Shown here piece by piece: positions 27,995 through 40,960 of a DNA stretch of 64,000 nucleotides. The stretch is from Octopus vulgaris (lineage: Eukaryota), in the NCBI GenBank assembly GCA_951406725.2, contig OX597815.1:51522001-51586000 (forward strand). The letters are read 5' to 3'. Position numbers and translations under genes: made by a program. The notes below the pieces were generated by a model. That model was not told where the DNA came from. It made no database searches and worked only from the letters and a program-made list of their open reading frames with translations. Each line of letters begins with the position of its first letter. Position 1 is the first letter of the stretch.

Positions 27995-28032
<38 letters not shown>

Positions 28033-28456
28033 CTTACTCCACCACCACCACCTCCCACCTCACTGGGTTTCTTCCATTTTTGCCACAGACAACTGGTTGA
28101 CTCTGTTTAAAGTCTAAACTGGAAAACAAAAATAATAAATAAATAAAAGGGCTGGAGACAAATGTAGTGATAAATCAGGTGACTGGCTGGAAGATGGCTA
28201 GACTAACTTGAAATTTACCAGCCAACAAGGCAAGCTTAGTTGACTGGCCAGTCTGTCCGAATCAATAAAGCCTCCACATTGCCTGCCACTTGTAAGAATA
28301 ACAGCAGTATATTTTATTCATGAAGATTTAGGACAGATTTATGAATGGAGACACTAAAACAACTACAGACAAGTAAAAGAGGCCAAAAAGTGTGTGTGTG
28401 TGTGTGAGAAAGAAAGAGAGAGAGTGAGAGTTTATATATACATGTGTGTGTATATG

Positions 28457-28523
<67 letters not shown>

Positions 28524-29856
28524 CAGCTTAGCTGTGTAGTTAAGAAGCTTGCTTCCTGACCATGTGAGCATGGGTTCAGTCCCACTACATGGTACTTTGG
28601 GCAAGTGTCTTCTACTATAGCCCCAGGTTAACCAAAACCTTGTGAGTTGATTTGGTAGACAAAAACTGAAAGAAACCCATCATATATATATATATATACA
28701 TGCATGTGTGTGTACACATGTGTATTGTATGTGTTATTGTCTCCTTGCCTTGACATTGAGTGATAACTGTGAACAAGCATTACTGCCATGCATGCTGTGT
28801 CCATTTCCTATCTCTCAAGAAAACATGCCAAGTGAAATATTAGTTTCAAATTCTGGCACAAGGCTAGCAATTTTGAGGAGCCATCTAAAATCAATCCCAA
28901 TGTTCAACTGGTACTTATTTTATCAACCCCAAAAAGATGAAAGACAAAGTCCAACCTTGGTGGAATTTGAACCCAGAACATAAAGAAGAGCAAAATAGCA
29001 CTAAGCATTTTCCAGGCATGCTAATAATTCCACCAGCTAGCCTCCCTATGTTAGGTGAAATATTACCTTGTCTAGAAACATTAGGGTTGCAGACACGTTC
29101 AGAGTTCAGATGCTGCCAGGGTTGACTTTGCCTTTCATCCTTTCAAGGTCAATAAAGTAAGTACTGGTTGAGCACTAGGGTCAATGTAATCAACTTAACC
29201 CCTCCCCAAAACTGCTGGCCTTGTGCCAAAATTTGAAATCATTATTTTCAAAGTGCTCTCATGAAAACAAAATTTAAATGCTTTATGCATTTCATTTGTT
29301 TCTAGAAAAGAAAATAGGATTTCTCCCCCATAGGAAAAATTAATGTGCACATTAAGGGTGTGCAATTTGAAGCAAATGTACACACATACACACTCACACA
29401 CAGAGCTATGCTATAGCGCTGCCCTTAAAGACAGTGTTGCCTTCAAAAGTAGTACTAAAGATTTGTTATACTGACTCCCAGGATTTGTAAACTGTTCTCT
29501 TTTTAATTAAACTTGATTTGAACATAGAACATAAAGAGATGTAATCAAATACCACATTGCATTTTATTCAATGCTCTGCTGATTATACCATCCACCAATA
29601 ATGGAACCACACTTAATCTATTAAATATATCTTCTGTCTTGCTTCAGTTATTAGACTGTGGTCATACTGGGGCACTGCCTTCAGGAATCTTAGTTGAACT
29701 AATTGACCCCAGTACTTAATTTCTCTTTAAACCTGGTACTTATTCTATAGGTCTCTTTTGCCAAACCACTAAGTTACAGGGACATAAACAATCCAAAACT
29801 AGATGTCAAGCAATGGTAGGGGACAAACAAAGACACAAACACACACACACACACAC

Positions 29857-29894
<38 letters not shown>

Positions 29895-29901
<7 letters not shown>

Positions 29902-30937
29902 AGGTAACAGCAATAGGACCAAATGGGCAACCAAATGTGTGAAAGTACATGGGAGCAACTGAACGCCTTTTTAGAACCTACTATAACATGCACAAGTCCT
30001 CCTTCAATATCCTGGAGGGACATAATGCCACAACCCTGGCCAAGCATATATGGTTGTTAAAAGAAAACACCACCAAGTACACCATAAAGTGGAAGATTTT
30101 AGAGAAATGTAATGCATATTTCAATAACAGCAGGAAGTGCAGATTATACCTGGCTGAGAAAAGAGCAATATTAAAGTACTATCAGCACCCAGGCATCTAC
30201 CTGAACAGCAGAAGGGAAATTTTTAATCCTTGCCCACACGGAAGGAAGTACATTCTATCATGCCTGCATTTCCCATCATGACTATAATCACCATCCCCCA
30301 GTTTCAGCCCTCCCACGGCCAATACCTGGGAATCCAGCAAAAAGCTTGACCAGAACATATACAAACACACTCACAAACATACATGCCTTAACATAGCACA
30401 CATCCAATAGACCACTTTCCACCAGTCCCAATATAAGCCCCCACACATATTGTATACCTACACATACCACATGCATACATAAACACCCCAAGATTTTAAC
30501 CAAAACATAAAAGAAAACACACTAACAAACACAGATGTGTATGCAGCCTTCGGAAATCCACACACACACACACACACACCAAACATTATACATACAGTAC
30601 AACTACACACATTCAACTTTCTACAAGAGCACCAACTTAAAGATACACACATTTCTTATAAACTCTTTTCCAGAAAACACAACCCAACTTGCAACACTCC
30701 CAGAGTTGGTGTTTTTGATACCAAAGGACATAACTTTTAACTTAACCCTTGCTCAGTTTGTTTTGTCTTTTTCACAGCAACCACAAACTGGATATGTCTG
30801 TTCACCTCCAACAATAGAGAGCAGTTGCCATATTTCATCCCATAACTGCCAACTCTGAAGAGTGAGGGTTACGTAATCAGACTGTTACTTAACACTCCAT
30901 TGAACCTCAAGTGTGAAACCGATTGGTAAGAACATTA

Positions 30938-30940
<3 letters not shown>
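29895..30940 (+). mobile_element. Penelope-like element 3' portion: GIY-YIG endonuclease C-terminal ORF (29949-30281) plus 3' region with hammerhead remnant
   Basis: YMGATE..F...YNMHKSSF...TTLAKHIWLLKE...YTIKWKIL...KCRLYLAEK...LNSRREIFNPCPH is the characteristic PLE GIY-YIG C-terminus. It is flanked by (TA)n and splits a minus-strand SINE (29635-29840 / 30975-31120). Confidence 0.9.
30851..30932 (+). ncRNA. Degenerate hammerhead ribozyme motif at the 3' end of the Penelope-like element
   Basis: CUGAAGA (30855-61), UGAGG/CCUCA stem II remnant, GAAAC (30915-19), near-palindromic ACCGAUUGGU stem III and GUA triplet. Stems I and II are eroded. Confidence 0.65.
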
Positions 30941-30972
<32 letters not shown>

Positions 30973-32088
30973 ATAGGTTTTTGTCAGTTTCTGTCTACCA
31001 AATCCACCTACAAGGCTTTGATCATCCCAAGGCTATAGTAGAAGGCACTTGCCCAAGGCACCAAGCAGTGGGACTGAACCTTGAACCATGTAGTTGGAAA
31101 ACAAGCTTCTTACCACACAATTATAACGATTGAGCTGGTAGAATCATTAGCACTTTGGTCAAAATGCTTAGTGAGATTTCTTCCAGCTCTTTATATCTGG
31201 AGTTCAAACCCCAGTAAAGTCAACCTTACCCTTCATCTGTGTAGGAATCAATAAAATAAGGTACCAGTCAAGTAATGGGTTTGATATAATCAACTAAAGT
31301 TGCTGGCCTTGTGCCAAAATTTAAAACCATTTTATTTTACAGTTATCATCCAGGATGTTCACTACACAACCAAGTACTCTAGGGTTTGAGTTCGTTATTT
31401 CTTGCTAGATAAAATAAGGAACAAAATATTGGTGCTAATACAATGAACTAAAATTCTTGGAGGTAGTGCTCCAACAAGGTTGAAATCCAATGACTGAAAC
31501 TAATAAAAGAATACACACCTCTTAGAATTCACAGTTTTCTAGTTCATACTCAGAATTTGAAAGGATTTAACAAGGAAGTGAGTGAGATGAGATTCAAAGA
31601 AAGGGGCAACTGGAATAAAATATGAAATGAACTGAATGAACTGAATTTTATCCATGTAGCTCCTCCATAAAGACACATTGCAAGAACCTGTTCTGCTCTG
31701 ACTCTTTTCTCTCATACTTTTCTCCACTTTACACTTCATGTCTACACATAAGGTTATCCCTTTGGGGTTTGTAAGTCTTGCAAGATGCTAAGCAACCTTA
31801 CTAGTGCTGGTGCTACTATATTCATCTTGGGAAAGTCATTGCCTAGATCAATCTGCATAGTGTAAAATGTGTCAGAATGTATCCAAACAAAGAAACAGAA
31901 CAACAGAAGAACTACGTCCTGCAATCAACAGACACACTTACACAATCCCAGGTAAAATCAAAATCATCAATGTCATCATTGCGACTTCATAGCAAAATCC
32001 ACACCTGGACTAAAATTATGTTTATGCATCCATCACAAACAGATGTTGTTTTTACTTACTTTCTTTTTATTACTCTCTTTAACTTTAA

Positions 32089-32309
32089 CCCTTTAGTGTT
32101 CGCATTATTTTGCAAAAATTAATGCTTCTTCATCTACATTGTTTTGAATTAATCATGCATTATCTTGTAGCTATGAGATTTTGATGAAGTAGCTGTTAAT
32201 TTTTTAAACAATATTGTAGGGTTGGTGTGAGAGACCAGATATGGCTAGTTTGAACATAAAACAGGTAGAATATTTTTGGCCGGATATGGCTGGTTTAAAT
32301 GCTAAAGGG
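32089..32309. mobile_element. piggyBac-type MITE
   Basis: TTAA-CCCTTTAG...CTAAAGGG-TTAA. A related copy lies at 50976-51149. Confidence 0.9.
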
Positions 32310-33849
32310 TTAAGTCCTCTCCTTCAAACACTCATATGTCAAAACTGACAGGAGTGACCAGCATACTCATGTACACACACACACACATTCTTTTACTGGT
32401 TTCAGTTTTTGGTTTGGAGCCAGGCTGTAGCATTGCCCTTAGAGGTAGTGTTACCCTGAAAGCAGTGCTGGGCATCAATTATAATAAACCCCAGTACATA
32501 CAGTAAACTGGATGTCATTAGGAATGGTATCCAGCTATAGAAACCAAACCAGACCAGACAGTGGAATACAATGAAATCCTTGGATCCATCAGATTCAATG
32601 CCATCCGACCGATGCCAGAATGGCTGTTAGAAGATGATGATGATGATAAATAAAATTTATTATTGTTACAACTACAAACAAACAAGATGGTGATATAATG
32701 TACATTTCATGGTTTACTTACATAGATATATTAAAATGAATGTAAATTTTGTATTAACATATGTTATTCATCAATAACAAAAATGTTTTACAACTAAATC
32801 AAATTTCAAGAATTTGTCAATAAGCAAAACTTGATGAAAATTCCATCTTGAATATTTCAGTTTGAAATCTGCTGTACTATTTTCAATTTATATTGTTTTA
32901 TTCTTTTACTTGTTTCACTCATTCAGGCCACAGCCTAACTATGGCACCAACTTGGCATTGGTTAATGAATTGAATCCACCTCACGTCTTGACAAGTACCT
33001 TATTTCCTCAACCCTGGAAGGATAACAGATAACATTTACTTCAGCTGGATTGAACTCAGATTGTAAATAACTGTAATGAAATAGAACAAGGCATTTTGCC
33101 CAATACTCAAACAATTCTGCCAGGGTCAATAATTGTTTCTAATCTAGGCACAAGGCCAGTAATTTTGAGAGGAGTGAGTTGACTTGTACTTTATTTTATC
33201 AACTTCACAACTTCATGAGTTGTACCTGTACTTCAAAGGGCTAACCTTGCCACATTTGGTATCATGCTGACTCTCCCTGAGAATTACATTAAGTGTACAC
33301 ATATCTGTCGACTGCTCAGCCACCAGCACGTTAATTTCATAAGCAGGTTGTTCCATTGATCAGATCATCTAGAACCCTCATCATAGTAACTGGCGTTGTG
33401 CCAGTTTTTTGTGCCGTTTAATACCATTTGGGGAGAGTATTCGATATGAACAGAAGAACCTCTAACTTTGAATCAAACTGAGCTTGTCTTGTGGAGAACA
33501 TGAAGAGTACAAGTGCCTGTGGCGAAACTCAGCCAACTTACAATGAGTTGATAATTCTACTAATAAGATAAATGGAACCCTCAATTGTCAAAAGACATGT
33601 GAGATCCATTCCATCCCTATTTTGAAAGAAAATTAGCAATATTAGAGAGACAGACAGACAGAAAGACAGAGAGAGAGACGTATCTGTGTATGTGTATGTC
33701 TGTGAGTGTGTATGCGAAATTGTGTCATGAATGTTAGGTAATTACCAGGAGAGTATGATCACAAATGCAAGCAGCAGAAATGGGGTTCTTTCAAAGGATC
33801 TCGAGTAAAATTATTCAACAGGGAGTGGAGCTTGAAGAGCAGAAAGTCT

Positions 33850-34140
33850 CTCTAGATTGAACTGCTACTTCTCTGTGTTGCATAGTCACAGCCCTGGTAC
33901 TACAGAAAAGTTGCAGGAAAGATCACAAAACAGATTCTTCAAGCCAATCCAACCAACAAAAGAACTTGGGGATAGACCAAGAATGAGATGGTTGGATAAT
34001 ACCCATAGTCTCAATTGATTATGTTTGGGAATCCAGCAAGAAAGTTTAATGACAGTTGCTTCTGATGGAATCCTATGGATGACTCTAACCACACAGCCCT
34101 CTGGGTAACAATGGATAGTGACAAAGGATGGATGGATATA
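33850..34140 (+). pseudogene. Very decayed RTE-like LINE 3' end
   Basis: Residual GKI...G*RPRMRWLD-like translation typical of the RTE ORF end, with many disablements. Confidence 0.45.
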
Positions 34141-37100
34141 GTGTTTGTTAACTGAATGCACAGGAAATTTATGCCTTCTCACCTACCCAGCTGGTGGGTT
34201 GGCATGGAGTGTGACCAGCAAAAGTATTTAAGGGCCAAGCAAGACTATCGCTATTTTTGCAATGTTCCAAAGAATCCATTTTTCCAGGGAGAAGAGGTAG
34301 GATTTGAACTCAGAATGCACAGAGCTGAAAGAGATATATAACAAGAGGAATCATCTTCAACACTTTAACATTCTACCAATGCACTAGCTTGGACTGGTAC
34401 TTCATGTTTCAACTTCAAAAATACAGAAAAGTAAAGTTAGCCTCAGTGGAATTTGAATCCAGAGAGCTAAAACAACAACTGCAAGGCATTCTATCCAACC
34501 TTCTAATGAATCTGCCAATTCAATAGCCATTTATGTCTTTTTATGTGCATACATTATTCATTTTATATTCATTTTCCATGCTAGCATGAGTTGGACTAAT
34601 ACCTTTATTGAGGCATTACTTAACAGATGGATACCCTTCTTTTATGTAACACCTGCTTCTTTCTCAAGGGATTTATTTCATTCCCCATTTCTCTGGACAT
34701 GTTGAGCTTCAGGATGACTAGTTAACAGGGACTGTTAACACAATGACACCATTTCCATTTGAATGTTTCATGCAAAGATGCAGAATGTAAACATACACAT
34801 GCACAGACAGACACACATGTATGTATGTGGGTGTATGACAAACTTCCATACAGTTTCTATTTACCAATTAATTCAAATCACAAGCATAGGTCTGCCTAAG
34901 ATTATAGCATAAATCACTTGCCCAAGGTGCCCACACAGTGAGATAGAATTCAAATCCATATGGATACAAAGCAAACTTCATCTTCACATGACCATGCATT
35001 TGTATATGCTGTATGTATATAGTGTGTGTGTGTGTGTGTAACTTATGCTTTGTTGAAAAGCTAAAAGAGAATAGAAAAGGACAATTTGACAAAAAAAAGC
35101 AAATGACCAGAAAATATTCCTGAAGTGTTATTATTTAAATGAAAACATTTTTTTTTATCAATAATCTGTTTTCAAAATACAAAATACTGGAGGATTGTTT
35201 GACAGGAACTTTTACATGTATTGCAATAGTAATGCAATTAGAAAGAATTTGGAACAGCACATTAAGGAAAGAAAAAAAAAAAACAAGGAAAATTAAAGAG
35301 CTTCACATATGAGCAGAAAAACATGTTCAATAAATAATGCTAGGTGATAATATGACAAAAAAATAATAATAAATAAAGGAGAAGAACAAAAGAATGAAAA
35401 GGAGGAAAACAAAAGTTAGAAAAAGATAGGGATTTTTGCAAGTGCTGAAAATAATCAAAGTGTAGAATCTGTGTATGCATGTTATCTGGACAAAATTCTA
35501 GGAGTATTCAGGAAGGTCTGAAGAAAATTCCAGCATTAAACAACTGTTTAATGCCTTGAAGAGCAGTGTAAGCTTAGACAGTATACTTATTAATAATTAT
35601 CTGGATTCCATAAGAATCCTGGTATTTGTATGTTGATCCTTTAGAATTGTGATATGGTCCAGTTGTCCTGAGATAGGAATCAAGTCGATGGAAGATACAG
35701 AATTCCTACTTTATGAAGACGAGAATCCTCAAATGTCTCCCTGCTAGACAACAGCGTTAGTTTCATGTTAGATCCAGCTCACAGAAAGACAGTGAGAGAG
35801 AGAGAGAGAGAGAAAATGAGAGAAAGAAAGAGAAAGAGAGAGAGAGCTAGGGTGCAATGAATAGCCTACTGTGGTTTAAAATCATCACTGAGATTGTCGT
35901 AGATAAAGAGCATTTGAGGAAAAGATCTGATCAACAGAATGAGAGAATGGATAGGAAATTTATTCATAGAATGAAACTGTTCTGATTGAAGATAAGCTAT
36001 TTGTAACAAAACAACCAGCATTGTTCCCTATCATCAATGACTATAGAAGTACATTACAATCAGTTTTTACTTTTCATAGCAATAAAAGAAAAGAGCAATA
36101 ACCAACTAGAACTAGTTAAAATTATTACAATAATATAACATAAAATTGTTTTTAAGAAATGGTTTGTTGATAGTGGTGAAGATTTCCTCTCTGGAAGTCT
36201 GACCACTAGTTATGAGTTTTGTCCCAAAGAAGATTTGAACACAACACTACAAATTACTGAAATACATTAGTTACAGAAGCTGCTACTTCTAACAGCAGTG
36301 AGCTTTACATTCACATAGTATTTATGCTGTTTTTATTGTTGTTAGTTACCTGGGTTAACCCTGATTGAGTAAATTTATATTCAAAGACGTCCAACCATGA
36401 CCAACCCAATATTTTAAAGAATATTTATGAATACATTGTCTGATGAAGTATGGTTTGTGGTAGATCTGGCTGCTATTTCTTCTAGATTGAAGCATTTCAT
36501 AGATGCCTCATAGAGGTTCCCTTGTTGGTTTATCATGGTACTTATTCACAATAAGGTCAAATAGGACACTGAAAGTTGTAAGACCAACAATGGAATAGAA
36601 ACCACGAACCTCTAAGTCAAATGACAGGCCAATACCAATATCATAGCACTAGGTTAGCAGCATCTGTTTACCTAAAAACTGAAAATGTTGCAGTAAGTGG
36701 CTGATATGAAGCCTCTGCTGTCATCACTACCTTATGACCTCAAGGAAAAGTCATTAAGGTGCCTCAACTTAATTAATCTTCCTACAAATTGATGCTCTTC
36801 TTCTTTTAAACTGGAGTGGTCATTAAGAAGAGGAAACAACACTCAAATTACTTTTCCCAAGAATTTCTGGAAAATATTTAGATGCCAAGAACCAGTGTCA
36901 GGACCATAATCAATAATACTAAAATCAAACTGCTAAAATATAATTGTTGTAAATGTTGTTGATATTCTTATTCTTTAGCTCCACTCAGACTTGAGTTAAC
37001 TGATCTATGATCAAAGTTTTCAAGCCATGGCAACCTCATAATTTCAAACATGGCTGTGTCATTAAGAGGTTAACGTCCAAAACTGTGTGTGTGTGTGTGT

Positions 37101-37675
37101 GCGTGTGTGTGCACATGCGTGCATGTGTGCATGAGTGCATGTGTTTGTGTCTTTGTTTATGTTCTGTAACTTAGCAGTTTGACAAATAAATATCAATAAG
37201 TACCAGAATTTAAAAAAATAAGTGTTAGGGCCAATTAGTCAATAGTTCATTATTGTCTTTTAAAACAGTAATCAGGGCACATCAGATGAATTCTCATCAG
37301 CTTCATTCTATGTAGTGTTTCTTTGAGTTATAATATCTAGATAGGAGGCTGCCAACAAATTTGTAAAAATATTGTATAGTGACTGGTGAATAAGCAGACA
37401 CAACATGGGGCTAAGAAGACCCTCTAGGGTTTTGCTTTATTGATATCATGGCAACCTCTTTAGTACTGGTATCCTAATAAAAGGCACCCAGTTTATGCTG
37501 TAAAATATTTGATGCTTGGGAGGGCATCCAACCATAAAGACCATGCCATAAACAGAAAGATGTGAGACAAGGTCTCCTATTTCATCTAGGAGTGCAGTGA
37601 CTCTGAATAAGAACTGATTAAGACTGTGACAAGTCAGCCAACCCACACCAGCATGGAAAAAAAAAATAAAACATT

Positions 37676-37955
37676 GGCGATGATGATGACGATAACAATG
37701 ACAACAACACGACAATGAAGGCAATGGCAATAACAACAGCAACAATGAAATGGATAGTTGGTGTTGTAGTGAATGAAGAAGAGGTGATGTTGGTGGTGGT
37801 AGTGATGGCAGTGGCTGGCAGCAGCGGCAATAGTGCTGGTAACTGAAGTGGCACATCAGAGGCAGTGGCGGCAGCGGCACTGGTGGTGGAACTGGCAGCA
37901 CCCGCATTGGAACCAGCAGCAGAGGTGGCAGTGACAGCAGTGGCAGCAATAACAG
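37676..37955. repeat. Degenerate trinucleotide low-complexity tract (GAT/CAA/GGT/GCA)
   Basis: Grows out of the (GAT)n tail of an upstream SINE and explains ORFs 37446..38039 and 37618..37968. Confidence 0.75.
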
Positions 37956-39050
37956 GGGGTAGGGGCACGTGGCTGAAGTATTTTCTGTCCTAGCATTTAT
38001 CATACAATGCTGGACAGACAAAGGATATGCAATCTCCATGAGGATTTATTACAGCTAGGTAAATTTAGCATTTGTAGGGGTGGGATGATAGGAGTTACGT
38101 ATTGCTAATAAGTAGAGGATTCTGGAATTGTGTGGGTATCTGAGTACTGTGGTGGCTACTGCTGCTATTGTTGTTTAGGTTTACTCAGTCAGGTCAGCCC
38201 TGATCAAAAGCATTCCAGCTGTGACCATTAAGACTTTTCCTAAATAAAGTACACCTAGAACCACAATATTTGAAGTGTAACTCTTTCCTACAATAAAAAG
38301 GAAGTTACCTTCTCAAATCATGCTGTCTCATAAGGGCCAGTTTCCTGGTTTCCATGGAATATATATCTCCTACCTGGACAAGATGCCAGTCCTTCACAGG
38401 ATTACTCACTTTTGCCAGTTCAGTGGACTGAAGCAACATGAAATGAAGTGTTTTGCTCAAGAAACCACAATCTTATGATCATGAGTTCAACACCCTAACC
38501 ATTAGGTCACACACCTCCACTAACAATGCTAAGATATGATTTGAGGAAAGTTTACCCATTATTTCTAGCAGTTTGATGTCCCATCATGGACACATTTTTG
38601 AGGCTGTTTCTTAAATAAGATAAGATGAAGCTAACAAGTCTTTAAGACAAAAGGTTTTGGAACTTTCCATTTAGCAGAAGTTTAGGTCAAATTTTCTAAC
38701 AATTTAAAGGCAACAACAGAAGACAGAATTAAAACTAAAACAGGAAAAATAAGTTGCTTTTTTTTTTTAAGTAAACGCTGACATTTATGGAAGCTACAAA
38801 ACACTTAAAAACATAAAAATGAAAAAAACACCTGTCTAAAATAATAGTGCATATGATATGATCATGAGTGAGAGAAATAAATTTATCTAAACACACATAT
38901 TTTCCAGATTTTTTATTAAATATTAAGCTTAAGCAATAAAAATGAAAAAAAAAAAAGAAATTAGAAAGAAATGTTTACCTTTGACATAAGAGCACATGAT
39001 GAACTGTAAACAGAAATTGAACCAGCTTCCTGTAATTCCAACTCTGCCAC

Positions 39051-39089
<39 letters not shown>

Positions 39090-39151
39090 GCACGCACACA
39101 CACACACACATATGTATAGTAAGTCCAAGTATGGAGGTAATGTTATTATTA

Positions 39152-39203
<52 letters not shown>

Positions 39204-40598
39204 TCAGACCAACTGAGCAAACAAGATTTTCCTTAAGTTATACTTAATAACAAGGATGCCTCCATCCATCTTTCCCCCACCTTCCCTTCATCACCAGCTT
39301 CAAGAGATTAATAACCAAAAGAGTTTAAACCTTAATGACAGATTGAATAATAAAAGCTTCAATTCGAGATATTTCATCTTGAATCCTCAATAAACAACAC
39401 CAACAACAGAGAAGACAAGTAAAAACAAAAACAAAAAAAAGCAAACAGTTCATTTATTTTGGCCAGTACTTGGGGAGATGTACAGTTAGAAATGATCATC
39501 ATCATTATCATCATCAGCAGCAGCAACAATAGCTATATAAAACAACACAGTGGGGAGGAGTGTAAAAATGTAAACAAACAACGGCCGTAAAGACAGATTG
39601 ATCCAACAGAAGTGCTGCATCTTAGAAGGTTGTGAAAGAAACAAATGTAAACTTTTCATTTTTCTCAAGTTTTCTTTTGTTTGCTGTGGTACTTTATGAT
39701 TTCTCATTAATTTTTCATCCTTTAAATTTGGAAAAGTATCATCAGTAACACAAAATATTTAAACACAATACTCACTCATTACATATATGTGTGCATGTGT
39801 TTAAACACAAACACACACACATTCTCACACACATATATGTACATGTTATCAATATATGGATTAATATTTTGTTTTTTTATGAGAAATGGTGTAAAATATT
39901 ATCAAATCAAAATTATTAACATTAAAAAAAAATATGACATGAACTCTAATGAGATAAGAAAAAGAAGATATGTTGACAGATTAATATTTTCATGTTTTTG
40001 TTTTTTGTTTTTTGGGGGGTTTTTTTAACATTGTCTAGGAAAGACTCTAAAACTATAATTGGAAACCATTATCAACTCTGAAGTTGATGTGAAAACAGAC
40101 TCACACTCGTGTGGGTCGGGGGTTGCATTTGCACATCACCTAGGTGGCAAGACAAAATTAGTAGAACTAAAGAATATTAAGACATGAGAAGAGCACAGTC
40201 CACTGCAGCACAGCTCAGTCCTAACTTTCAGCCTTTTATCATCTATTTGTCCCAATATGTCAGTAAGAGGGAAACGTGTAGTGTCTGTCACAATGACAGG
40301 TCTTTCTAGAGCTGATAAGACCAATGCAGCTGATGTCTACCCTGGGTTGATATGAAGAGTAGCTGATATGAGGAGGAAACTGAATGTCTGATTGCAAAAG
40401 AGCTAAAGACACCCAAAGATAAGTAAGATAAAAAGGAGCATCTTATGCCAACCACTTCTGAAACATTCTAGGGTTTCTGTCAGTCAGAGTTGATCCTGCA
40501 TCTGCACCTGTATATGCTGCTCTGGGAACAAAGTTTTTTTTTTGTTTTGCCTTTTTTTCGATGTGGGGAGACTAGCATTTATCTATACATGTAAGATT

Positions 40599-40655
<57 letters not shown>

Positions 40656-40740
40656 TTGCCATGAATGCTGTCCAGAGGATAGGCTATTCTTAAAGGTTGA
40701 TACAATTTGGCACCAATGTCATTGCAGATGCTGGTATTAA

Positions 40741-40960
40741 CCCTTTCGTTACTGTATTTATTTTGAGATGCTCTGTGTTTCTTTCAATTACTTTAAATAT
40801 AACAAAGAATTTAGTAAAATAACTTAGTTATCATTAAGCTAGTGTTAGGAACATGAATTGTGACTAAGGTTTGGTGGAAGATTTTAATTCAAAACATATG
40901 AAAACAAGACATTTGTACTCGGAGCCAGAGCCGGTTTCAGCCGGGTTGGTATTGAAAGGG
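40741..40960. mobile_element. piggyBac-type MITE (second family)
   Basis: TTAA-CCCTTTCGTTAC...GTATTGAAAGGG-TTAA. A decayed relative lies at ~56850-57055. Confidence 0.9.

Noticed and set aside
37446-38039. 197-aa and 116-aa Pro/Ala/Thr-rich ORFs
   Set aside because: They arise from a degenerate trinucleotide tract plus a SINE, with no domain or splice support.
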